Below are positions 19,839 through 28,272 of a stretch of 64,000 nt of DNA, piece by piece (positions within the stretch are counted from its first letter, which is position 1; each line of letters opens with the position of its first letter). The position numbers and the translations under genes were made by a program. A model generated the notes under the pieces. That model saw only the letters and a program-made list of their open reading frames with translations. It was not told the DNA's origin and ran no database searches. Source of the DNA: Armatimonadota bacterium (lineage in GTDB: Bacteria > Armatimonadota > UBA5829 > DTLH01); contig JBBRAE010000003.1 of assembly GCA_038207085.1 (NCBI GenBank), forward strand, positions 108,383-172,382, read 5' to 3'.

Positions 19839-19917
19839 AGCCCGCTTTATTCGCTTCACGAATAAAGCTTTCGCTAACAAAGCATTATTCACGCTACTCG
19901 TGAATAATGCGGGTTAG
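19839..19917. repeat. 79-bp double-hairpin dispersed repeat, copy 2
   Basis: Same orientation and length as 11991-12069. Confidence 0.9.
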
Positions 19918-19970
19918 ACCACTACGTTGGCCTTTGAATCAATATGGATACTCCTATTATAGAGCGATTG

Positions 19971-20002
19971 AAAATTGGGAAACCGGGTTTCCACGGTTTC
20001 CC
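19971..20002 (-). terminator. Possible terminator after ftsI
   Basis: GGGAAACCG/CGGTTTCCC stem followed by AATTTT on the minus strand. Confidence 0.45.
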
Positions 20003-20054
20003 CTAAAGCCCTGGGGCTGATAGGCTGGGAACGGACTCGCCCAAGATTCCCTTC

Positions 20055-21845
20055 CTAGCCCGTATGTCCAGCCCCAAGTTTGACACGAACCTTGCGCGCG
20101 CTTTTGGCGCCTCCGGGAGAATCTTTCTCAACCGGCGCATCAGGGGGCACTTTGAGATACCACATCGCCTGTCGCCCGATCTCTTGAAAGACCGGAGCGG
20201 CGACCGTCGCTCCCCAGTGCGAGCCCTTCGGTTCGTCAACAACTACACAAATGACAAGTCTAGGCTTGCTCGCAGGCAAAAACCCCATAAACGAGGCCAC
20301 GAACTTCCCTGCGGCGTAACCCCTGCCCGTCGTGCTCGCCTTCTGAGCGCTTCCGGTCTTGCCGCCGACGGTGTACCCCGGCACCTGGGCCGACTTCCCC
20401 GTGCCATCGTCGACGCATCCGATAAGCATATCGGTCGCAACTCGGGTCGTCTCGGGAGAAAGCACCCTGCGAACGACCACAGGCCTAAACGGCTCGACAA
20501 CAGTGCCGTCAGAGCTTCTGATTTCTCGGATCAGTCGCGGCTTCATAAGGTTTCCGCCATTTGCGACCGCTCCGTAGGCACACGCCATCTGAAGCGCTGA
20601 GACCGACACACCCTGCCCGAACCCTATGTTCGCAAGCTGCATCATGCTCCAGGTCTCGGGGTCCGGCAGCGGATAATACGCCGCTCCAGACATCCCTATA
20701 TCAGGACGGTCCAAAAGACCGAAGGCCTTTTCATACTCGTAAAGCTTCTCAGCACCGAGCCTTCTTGCGATATTCGCCGCCCCGATGTTGCAGGAGTAGC
20801 GAATCACTTTATACATGTCCGTCGCGCCGTGTCCCGCCATATACGGGTGGTGCAGCGAACAGTGAATCTTCCTGTTTCCGATCGGCATACCGCTTGATGA
20901 GCAGTTCGCAATGATCTGCCTCGGCGGAATCCCTTCCTCAATGCCAGCGGCGACCGTCATAAGCTTGAGCGTCGAGCCGGGCTCGTAAAGGTCCTTGATA
21001 GCCCGCAGCCTGCACTGCTCGGGTTTGAGCCCCTTGCGGTTGTTCGGATCAAACGTCGGGTAGTTCGCAAGTGCGAGAATCTCACCGGTTTTCGGATCCA
21101 TAACAAGCGCCGTCGCACCCGCAGGCTTGTAGGTGTCGCAGGTCTTCGCGAGCGCCTGTTCAGCGATGTGCTGCAGATAGGCGTCGATTGTGAGGACTAC
21201 ATCCTTGCCGTCCTCTTTGTCCTGCGTCCTTCGCCTGGTCTCGGGGATGATCCTTCCCCGGCTGTCGATTTCGGCAATAGTATAGCCGTCGCGCCCCGCC
21301 AAGTATCGGTCAGCGGCCTGCTCGACCCCTTCCTGGCCCCGGCCATTGCGGCCGGTAAACCCAAGAATCGCCGCACCAAGCGAGCCACAAGCGTAAACCC
21401 GCCTGGGTTCGCGCTCCGTGCCGACCTCTGCGATGCCCTCTTTTTCGATCTTGTCCTTTACATCAGCCGGGAACTGGTGGCCGATGTAGACAAAAGACCT
21501 GTTATCTGCAAGAAGCCCGCTCACCTGTACAAGGTCGAGCCCAGTGATCGATGCAAGCTTGCCGGCGGCCTCTTCCTTGTCCTTGATCTTCCTCGGGTGC
21601 GCGTAAACGGCGTATCCCGGAAGGTTAACGGCGAGTTCGCGCCCGGTACGATCTCGGATGATGCCGCGGCTCGCGACTATCGGGCGCTTTCGCACCCTGA
21701 TTTCCTGCGCCCGCTCACGATAAGGGCCAGGATTGATAACCTGAATATAAAACGCACGAAGAGCGATCAGCCCGAAGAGGAAAGCGAAGAGGACAAGCGT
21801 GAGTTCCGTTCGCTTCTTCAGCACTTTGCCACGTCTAAGCGCCAT
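20055..21845 (-). CDS. ftsI: Class B penicillin-binding protein (FtsI/SpoVD-like)
   Basis: RGIIRDR, EPGSTLK (SxxK), SCN (SxN) and KTG motifs, dcw position. Confidence 0.9.
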   Translation of the reverse strand: MALRRGKVLKKRTELTLVLFAFLFGLIALRAFYIQVINPGPYRERAQEIRVRKRPIVASRGIIRDRTGRELAVNLPGYAVYAHPRKIKDKEEAAGKLASITGLDLVQVSGLLADNRSFVYIGHQFPADVKDKIEKEGIAEVGTEREPRRVYACGSLGAAILGFTGRNGRGQEGVEQAADRYLAGRDGYTIAEIDSRGRIIPETRRRTQDKEDGKDVVLTIDAYLQHIAEQALAKTCDTYKPAGATALVMDPKTGEILALANYPTFDPNNRKGLKPEQCRLRAIKDLYEPGSTLKLMTVAAGIEEGIPPRQIIANCSSSGMPIGNRKIHCSLHHPYMAGHGATDMYKVIRYSCNIGAANIARRLGAEKLYEYEKAFGLLDRPDIGMSGAAYYPLPDPETWSMMQLANIGFGQGVSVSALQMACAYGAVANGGNLMKPRLIREIRSSDGTVVEPFRPVVVRRVLSPETTRVATDMLIGCVDDGTGKSAQVPGYTVGGKTGSAQKASTTGRGYAAGKFVASFMGFLPASKPRLVICVVVDEPKGSHWGATVAAPVFQEIGRQAMWYLKVPPDAPVEKDSPGGAKSARKVRVKLGAGHTG

Positions 21846-21854
21846 GGCGTCCTC

Positions 21855-22220
21855 CTACTCGACCTTTGCTATCCGTGTGCTCTCCTGTCCGCCGATAAAG
21901 ACCGATTGCACACTCGGGGCCATCCCCGCACTTATGGCAGCGGAGGAAAGTCTTCCGGGGCTCGAAAGCATCTGTATCTCGGTCGTCAGAGACGCATTCT
22001 CTGCCTCGGCCTGACGTATCTGCTTCTGAAGCGCCGCAGTGTTGTAGCCGCAGCGTGTAACCTGAGCATACATACCAATGTAGCAAAACGGGCCGACGAG
22101 CCCGACAATCGATGCCACAACACCCAAAATCGCCGTTTTGCGCTTTCTCTTCAGTCTACGCTGCGACCTCGGTGTCGATGGCGGACTCTGATATTCGATT
22201 TTTGCTGCAACTGCGGCCAT
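21855..22220 (-). CDS. ftsL: Cell division protein FtsL-like
   Basis: Basic N-terminus, one TM segment and a coiled coil, located between rsmH and ftsI. Confidence 0.7.
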   Translation of the reverse strand: MAAVAAKIEYQSPPSTPRSQRRLKRKRKTAILGVVASIVGLVGPFCYIGMYAQVTRCGYNTAALQKQIRQAEAENASLTTEIQMLSSPGRLSSAAISAGMAPSVQSVFIGGQESTRIAKVE

Positions 22221-22224
22221 TTGA

Positions 22225-23184
22225 TTAACTCCCAATATCCTGCTTTGGGTCGACTTTTTCTGCTATCCGGAGTTTCGCGCTTCGTGCGCGAGGGTTCTCT
22301 TCGGTCTCCTCCGGTGTCGGCAATATCGGTTTCTTGGTAAGCGTCCGAAGCGTCTGCTTTGCGCCACATGCGCACACGGGCAACGTCCTCGGGCACTGAC
22401 AGCGGCCTGCCTGGGCCGCAAAAAACTGCTTTACAATTCTGTCTTCGAGCGAGTGATAGCTGATTACAGCGATCCTCCCCGACCCGGCAAGAGCGTCGGT
22501 CGCGGCCTCTAGGCCCTGCTCAAGCGACTCAAGCTCGGTGTTGACTGCAATTCTAAGCGCCTGAAACGTCCGGGTCGCCGGGTGCGTCTTTGGCGGATGA
22601 AACTTCGCAGGAATCGCCCCACGCACGACGTCAGCCAAATCAGACGTGGTGCGTATCGGATCTTTCTTGCGTCGCTCCACAATAGCTCGCGCGATCCTCG
22701 CAGCCCACCGCTCATCTGAATGGACGAAAATCAACTGGGTAAGATCCTTTTCGGAAAGCCCATTGACGAGACTCTCAGCCGTAGTCGGCTGGCTCTGGTC
22801 CATTCGCATGTCAAGCGGCGCAGGAGTCTGAAAGCTGAATCCGCGCTCCGGAGTATCCAACTGGTGGGATGAGACACCGAGGTCGAAAAGCACCCCTTTT
22901 ATCGGTCCCGCGCTGACCTCTCCCAAAATCCGCGCAAGGTCTCCAAAATCTCCCCTTGCAAAAGTGACGCTTCCCGAAAACTCCTGAAGCTCAGCACCCG
23001 CGCACTCTATTGCGTCCGCGTCGCGATCGACACCGATCAGGTGTCCTCCAGGTTGTATAAGGCTGAGGATAGCCTTTGAGTGCCCAGCCCCGCCAAGTGT
23101 GCAATCTACGAAATTGTCACCAGGCTTTGGATCAAGCCATTCGAGCACTTCAGAGAGCAGAACCGGCCGATGGTACTCCGTCAC
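22225..23184 (-). CDS. rsmH: 16S rRNA m4C1402 methyltransferase
   Basis: HRPVLL, DCTLGGAGHS, DLGVSSHQLD, FQALRIAVN and NPRARSAKLR motifs. Confidence 0.97.
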   Translation of the reverse strand: MTEYHRPVLLSEVLEWLDPKPGDNFVDCTLGGAGHSKAILSLIQPGGHLIGVDRDADAIECAGAELQEFSGSVTFARGDFGDLARILGEVSAGPIKGVLFDLGVSSHQLDTPERGFSFQTPAPLDMRMDQSQPTTAESLVNGLSEKDLTQLIFVHSDERWAARIARAIVERRKKDPIRTTSDLADVVRGAIPAKFHPPKTHPATRTFQALRIAVNTELESLEQGLEAATDALAGSGRIAVISYHSLEDRIVKQFFAAQAGRCQCPRTLPVCACGAKQTLRTLTKKPILPTPEETEENPRARSAKLRIAEKVDPKQDIGS

Positions 23185-23644
23185 TTCCCTCACCGCCTTC
23201 CTTGCTCCCAAGCGCCGCCGCGGCCGCCTTGATGAGCTGCTCCGGGGTGAGATTATCGTTCTTGTAAGCTTCCCAATTGTCAGTCCCCCACAGCTCGCAC
23301 CACTCGCCTACCCCGACCATGACAAGGTCCTTGTCGATGCCGGCGTGCGCGCGAAGCTCGGGCGTAAGCTGTATCCTTCCCTGACCGTCGCAGGAGGTCT
23401 CGACCATCTCACCAAAGAGATGCCGGTAAAGCCTGCCGATCTCAGGGTTGAAGAGCATCATCATCGGGTTGCCGAGTCCCTGCGCCTGAGCCTTGATAAG
23501 CTCGAACCGCTCGGTGGTGAGCACAAGCAGGCAGCCGAGGCCGCGTGTGATTACGAACCGCTCTCCAAGAGAAAAGCGGAACTTCTTCGGAACAATGAAG
23601 CGACCTACTTCATCCAGCTTGTGATTGAAAGATCCACCAAACAA
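23150..23644 (-). CDS. mraZ: Division/cell-wall cluster transcriptional repressor MraZ
   Basis: Two DxxGR repeats (LDEVGRF, CDGQGRI), first gene of the dcw cluster. Confidence 0.9.
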   Translation of the reverse strand: MFGGSFNHKLDEVGRFIVPKKFRFSLGERFVITRGLGCLLVLTTERFELIKAQAQGLGNPMMMLFNPEIGRLYRHLFGEMVETSCDGQGRIQLTPELRAHAGIDKDLVMVGVGEWCELWGTDNWEAYKNDNLTPEQLIKAAAAALGSKEGGEGSDGVPSAGSAL

Positions 23645-23657
23645 TAGCGTGCCCGAT

Positions 23658-23727
23658 TCTCCAAAAATCTACCAGGGGTCCACCAGGAGTCCCCGTCTCG
23701 TTGCCATGATTCCTCCATGGCTCACCA
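23658..23727 (-). promoter_or_regulatory. Array of seven phased TGG-led direct repeats, putative MraZ operator
   Basis: Minus strand TGGTGA, TGGAGG, TGGCAA, CGGGGA, TGGTGG, TGGTAG, TGGAGA at 10-11 nt period. Confidence 0.65.
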
Positions 23728-23736
23728 ACTTGCATC

Positions 23737-23765
23737 AATATACCAGCCAGCAGTCCGAAAGTCAA
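23737..23765 (-). promoter_or_regulatory. sigma70 promoter of the dcw operon
   Basis: TTGACT-17 nt-TATATT with TGn. Confidence 0.75.
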
Positions 23766-24018
23766 GAGGCTCAACAATAATTTATAAAAATCTGTTCGGA
23801 CTAATGGGGAGTTAGGGCTCGTATTTGGTGACGTGGTTGTGAACTTTGACCAGTAAGCCGCATCGAGTGTGAATGTATATGAACAATATGGTGAATCCGG
23901 GGATGGATTGGCAAGCAGGCTCACACCTACGAGAAATTATGTGATAGTTTTATGTGATGGCCCCAAAAATGCGGTTTTCGGGGCCACAGGAGGTGAGACG
24001 TGGGGAATGCCGGTGGCG

Positions 24019-26412
24019 CTACCAAGTGTCGGGCAGCGAGGCGATATCCATAGGCATCGCCTCGGGTTGAAACCTCATCTCAAAGGCAACGGTCGTGCCC
24101 CCGGGTCCGGTCGCGAGGTAGACCTTGTCCGAAATCGATATGATCGCCTTGTAGCCCATACCCATCGAGTTTGCCGTGGAGTAACCAAGGCGAAGGGTCG
24201 CATCAGGGAGCACGAGATTCTCGATTCCGGGGCCGTCGTCGGTGATCTTCAGCATAACCCCGTCTGAGACTCGGTGGATCGAGACTTCCCCACCCTGCCC
24301 ATGCTTGATTGCATTGGTGGCCGCCTCTCCAAGACACAGGAGCATATCATATACGCGGTTCTCATCCATACCTTCGGACAGGCACCACTGGCGCACGTCG
24401 GATCGCAGATCGTGGAGCTGTCGGCCCTCGGCAATCTCCCAGCGCCGAAGCGCCCGCCCTGCTAACAGTTGGATCTCCTCGGACTCGCTTATCAGGAGCT
24501 TCCCCTGCGTAGCGGCAAGGATAGTGCGCTTGTAGAACTCCCGCTGGTGCGCCTCCATCTCAAGGCGCTTCTGCTCGGCGGAGATGCGCTCGGTGATGTC
24601 CATTGCGAACACGATGACGCCTGTGACCTCGCCGCCGCGGTCCTTGTAGGGAAGCTTGTCGGTCCTAAACCAACGCGTGTCACCATTTGGAAAGGTAATC
24701 CGTTCGATCACCGCGAGCTTGGGTTTGCCCGTCGAAAGCACCTCGATGTTGTCGGCGATCAGCTTGTCCATCTGCCCCGGCACAAGCGCGCGAAGCGTTC
24801 TGCCGATGATCCGGTCCATCGGGATATCGAAATACCTGCTGGTGGCATGATTTGCCCGCACGACTCTGTGGTCCTGATCGATGTATATAATCATAGCAGG
24901 GACCGTGTTGTAGATCGTGAGATAGTCTTCGCGCTGGCTTGCGAGCTCGGCCTCGGCGTGTTCGCGCAGTTCGCGGACCCGAATCGAGGAGATGCCAAAC
25001 GCAATGTCATCGGCAAGCTCGCGGAGCATATCGACCTCGGACTCGTTAAAAGCATGCGTCTGCGAAGCGTAAATATTGAGTGTCCCAAGCACCGACGCGC
25101 CGGAGACAAGGGGAAGCGCGATAAACGAGGCGTAGCCCCGCGCAAGGGCCATTTCACACCAAGCCCCACACCTGGGGTCATCCGATATGTCGCTTACGGC
25201 CTGAACGCTGGCCGTGCGTATAGCAGTCGCGGTAGGACCGGTTGAGTCGTCATTCCAGCTTATCTTGAGCCCTTCGAGGTAACCTTCGTTGTGCCCGCCG
25301 TAGCAGACCGGGGCGACGGTTTTCCCCTCATCATCGCGCGCAAACCCGACCCACGCCATACGGAACCCGCCGACCTCGACGATGATATTGCAGGCATCCT
25401 GAAGCAGTGACATCTCATCGTCGGTGCGCACGAGTATCTGGTTCACAGCCGAAAGCACCTTGAGAGTGCGGTTGGCGCGCTTCAGGGCATCCTCGGCGCG
25501 GTTCTGCTTGATGATCCGCCACACACCGCTCATCAGAAGCGTAAGCTGTCGGATGTCCGAGCCGTCGTAGTCGTCGTCCTTGTTGCCGACGCCTACGAGC
25601 ATCACGATATGCCCGTCGTCAAAGATTGGCACGTTCATGTGGCGGTTGATTTTGACATGTCCATCTGGAACGCCGTGCTTCATGGAGCTTGGCGCGTCGT
25701 AGTCGTTTGTTACGACAGTTTTTCGCTGGCGGACGGACTCTCCCCAGAGCCCGGTTTCGGCGACGGGGTAGACCATCGGTTTTTCCTGCATCCGGCACTG
25801 GGCCATCGCTCCGCCGGACCAGGAGTGCATCGTCAGCACGCTTTCGTCGTCGTTCAGGAACGCTACGTAGCCCACTTTGCTCCGGGTGAGGCTGACCCCT
25901 TCTTCAAGGGCAAAATTGGTGATATCATGGAGCGAGGAGCGAGTCATTTGGGTCAGTTTGACGAGCGCTTCAAAGCGGGACTCATCAAGCTGCAGCGCCT
26001 GATCGGCAAGTTTGCGCTCGGTGATGTCGCGCATGATCACCTGGACCTGTTCTTCGCCGGTTTCGGGGTCGATGACGAGGTAGGAGTCGTGCAGCACCCA
26101 TTTTGGGCGGCCTGAAAGGGTCTTGAAGGGATACTCGAAGTCGTGCACATGCCCGTGTTTGCGAAGCTCATCGCGCATCAGACCGCGCGGCCCGACATAC
26201 TCGATGTGGTCGGCCACATTCGTCCCACTAAGCGCTGCCGGGGCAGGGTATTTGTCCTCGATGTCGAGAATCTTCAGCACACCGCTGTCCGCAAAGACGA
26301 TGGTGCCGTCCAGCTTGTATCTGTACAGCCCGATACCCGCGAAATCAAACGCTTCCCTTCGGATAGCGTCCATGTCGAACTCATCTATTGGTATGGGGCG
26401 ATCTCGTTCCAT
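24019..26412 (-). CDS. Multi-sensor (PAS-GAF-GAF-PAS) protein with C-terminal RsbW/RsbT-like Ser/Thr kinase domain
   Basis: PAC motifs RDITERK and MDITER, two GAF-like blocks, EAATNAIKHG, DDGPGI and GYSTANSMGMG. No H-box seen. Confidence 0.8.
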   Translation of the reverse strand: MERDRPIPIDEFDMDAIRREAFDFAGIGLYRYKLDGTIVFADSGVLKILDIEDKYPAPAALSGTNVADHIEYVGPRGLMRDELRKHGHVHDFEYPFKTLSGRPKWVLHDSYLVIDPETGEEQVQVIMRDITERKLADQALQLDESRFEALVKLTQMTRSSLHDITNFALEEGVSLTRSKVGYVAFLNDDESVLTMHSWSGGAMAQCRMQEKPMVYPVAETGLWGESVRQRKTVVTNDYDAPSSMKHGVPDGHVKINRHMNVPIFDDGHIVMLVGVGNKDDDYDGSDIRQLTLLMSGVWRIIKQNRAEDALKRANRTLKVLSAVNQILVRTDDEMSLLQDACNIIVEVGGFRMAWVGFARDDEGKTVAPVCYGGHNEGYLEGLKISWNDDSTGPTATAIRTASVQAVSDISDDPRCGAWCEMALARGYASFIALPLVSGASVLGTLNIYASQTHAFNESEVDMLRELADDIAFGISSIRVRELREHAEAELASQREDYLTIYNTVPAMIIYIDQDHRVVRANHATSRYFDIPMDRIIGRTLRALVPGQMDKLIADNIEVLSTGKPKLAVIERITFPNGDTRWFRTDKLPYKDRGGEVTGVIVFAMDITERISAEQKRLEMEAHQREFYKRTILAATQGKLLISESEEIQLLAGRALRRWEIAEGRQLHDLRSDVRQWCLSEGMDENRVYDMLLCLGEAATNAIKHGQGGEVSIHRVSDGVMLKITDDGPGIENLVLPDATLRLGYSTANSMGMGYKAIISISDKVYLATGPGGTTVAFEMRFQPEAMPMDIASLPDTW

Positions 26413-26912
26413 TGTATTACTCCAGTTGACCAAATCGCGTCGCCAAGGGCGCACTCATCCCCCGAGGAGTATTATCCGTCATCTGATCAATTACCGCAAG
26501 CCGGCGTGTTCTCAGTCCACCGGATAGACGCACAACGGTGTTGTGCCACAAAAGCGCAGACAATCCCAATCTGACCTCACCCGAACTGCAGAGCTTTTCC
26601 CGATATCATACCTGCACTGCGGGCTATCTTTAAAATACCCAGCAATTGGAGGTTTGTAACGGAGGCTAGTGCACGCTTAACCTGAATATTGTTCTTTGCC
26701 CAAGCACTTATGCCGCGTGCAGAGGCTTCGATGAAAGTCTCGCCAAATCCCAATATTCAGGTTAATCCGCCACTAGGGGCCGGAGTATGTTGGGCCGGAT
26801 TTGAAATCCGAGCCCGATTGTGTGACATTATCCAATCAACCGGCATCGCAGATGCCTATCCGACCCATGCGTCCCGGATCACAGATCCGGACGAACTCAC
26901 CCCGAAATATTG

Positions 26913-26930
26913 TCGTGAAAAAATCCACGA
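26913..26930. promoter_or_regulatory. Putative Rex operator 1
   Basis: TCGTGAA-AAAA-TCCACGA resembles TTGTGAA-n4-TTCACAA, just upstream of the -35. Confidence 0.7.
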
Positions 26931-26936
26931 TATAGC

Positions 26937-26965
26937 TTGACATTAGCTCACCCCTATGGCATAAT
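26937..26965 (+). promoter_or_regulatory. sigma70 promoter of the rex-hyd operon
   Basis: TTGACA-17 nt-CATAAT with TGn. Confidence 0.8.
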
Positions 26966-26969
26966 CTAA

Positions 26970-26987
26970 TTGATAATTCTTTATCGA
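26970..26987. promoter_or_regulatory. Putative Rex operator 2
   Basis: TTGATAA-TTCT-TTATCGA 18-bp palindrome over the expected transcription start. Confidence 0.65.
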
Positions 26988-27054
26988 TATAAATCACTCG
27001 ATTCACTGGCTTGGTAGTCTCTGGCCCGACGACTAACCTGGAGGATGATCTATC

Positions 27055-27705
27055 GTGGAACCGGTCAAGAAAGTGGGCAGCCTGCCCTCAATAAGAAGAT
27101 TGCCCACATACCTTCGAGTGCTAAGGCAGTTCGAAGAGGCCGGGCGCGATATCGTCTCAAGCAACCACATCGCAGCGGTGCTCAGGCTCGACCCGGTGCA
27201 GGTCCGAAAAGACCTCGCGATCACCGGGATAATCGGCAAGCCAAAGGTCGGATACTTCGTCCCAACGCTGATCAAAGCGATCGAGGAGTTTTTGGGCTGG
27301 GATAACAGCTGCGAGGCGTTTCTGGTCGGCGCGGGGAACCTCGGAAGCGCACTTCTGGGTTACGCGGGGTTCAAAGACCACGGCCTGAACATCGTCGCGG
27401 CCTTTGACGCTGACCCGGCGAAGGTCGGCACGGAGATCGCGGACAAGTTCGTCCTGCCGCTTGAGAAGCTTGCAAATCTTGCCAAGCGAATGCACATCAC
27501 AACCGGGATCATCACCGTTCCCGAGTCCACCGCGCAAAGGATCGCCGATATGATGGTCGCAGCGGGAATCACAGCGATTTGGAACTTTTCTCCGGTCAGA
27601 ATAGACGTGCCGGAGAGTGTTGTCGTTCAAAATGAAGACCTCGCAGGAGGTCTAGCAGTACTCTGCGTTAAGGCTGCCGGAATCCGAAAGCCCGGGCGCA
27701 ATTAG
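27055..27705 (+). CDS. rex: Redox-sensing transcriptional repressor Rex
   Basis: RRLPTYLR, QVRKDLA, GKPKVGY, VGAGNLGSAL and AIWNFSP motifs. Confidence 0.95.
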   Translation: MEPVKKVGSLPSIRRLPTYLRVLRQFEEAGRDIVSSNHIAAVLRLDPVQVRKDLAITGIIGKPKVGYFVPTLIKAIEEFLGWDNSCEAFLVGAGNLGSALLGYAGFKDHGLNIVAAFDADPAKVGTEIADKFVLPLEKLANLAKRMHITTGIITVPESTAQRIADMMVAAGITAIWNFSPVRIDVPESVVVQNEDLAGGLAVLCVKAAGIRKPGRN

Positions 27706-27759
27706 TTATCACGAGTAGACTGCAAGTGGCAGAAAGCGCCATTTGCAGAGGAGGTCACG

Positions 27760-28269
27760 ATGCCGCAGGCACTCAAAAAGAAATCCAGAGAGAGGGTCCG
27801 CCAGTTCGAAAAAGTGTGCGAAATATTGGACCGCTTCAACCGCGACCCAAAGAAGCTCATCCCGATCCTGCAGCTTGTCCAGCACGAGTACAGGTATCTC
27901 CCGGAGGAGGTTCTGACCTATGTTGCCACATCGCTTGGGATTCCCCCCGCAAGGGTCTACGGCGTCGCGACGTTTTACGCACACTTCGCACTTGAACCCA
28001 AGGGCAAGTATGTGGTCAAGCTCTGCGACGGAACAGCATGCCACGTGAAGAAGTCGATCCCGATCCTTGAGGCGCTCCAAAAGCACCTCGGACTTTCTGG
28101 GAAGCAGACGACTACCGACGACATGCTCTTCACAGTCGAGACGGTCTCCTGCCTCGGCGCATGCGGGCTTGCTCCGGTTGTGGTGATAAACGACGACGTT
28201 CACGGACAGGTGACCCCGGAAATGGCGGTTGCTCTGCTCGAAGAGATAAAAGCAGTTGAGGGAAAGTAG
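27760..28269 (+). CDS. hydC: Electron-bifurcating [FeFe]-hydrogenase gamma subunit (NuoE-like, 2Fe-2S)
   Basis: VYGVATFY, CDGTACH and SCLGACGLAP motifs. Confidence 0.9.
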   Translation: MPQALKKKSRERVRQFEKVCEILDRFNRDPKKLIPILQLVQHEYRYLPEEVLTYVATSLGIPPARVYGVATFYAHFALEPKGKYVVKLCDGTACHVKKSIPILEALQKHLGLSGKQTTTDDMLFTVETVSCLGACGLAPVVVINDDVHGQVTPEMAVALLEEIKAVEGK

Positions 28270-28272
28270 CAG

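Noticed and set aside
11991..19917. Repeats as CRISPR remnants
   Set aside because: Only two copies 7.8 kb apart, with no repeat-spacer periodicity and no cas genes
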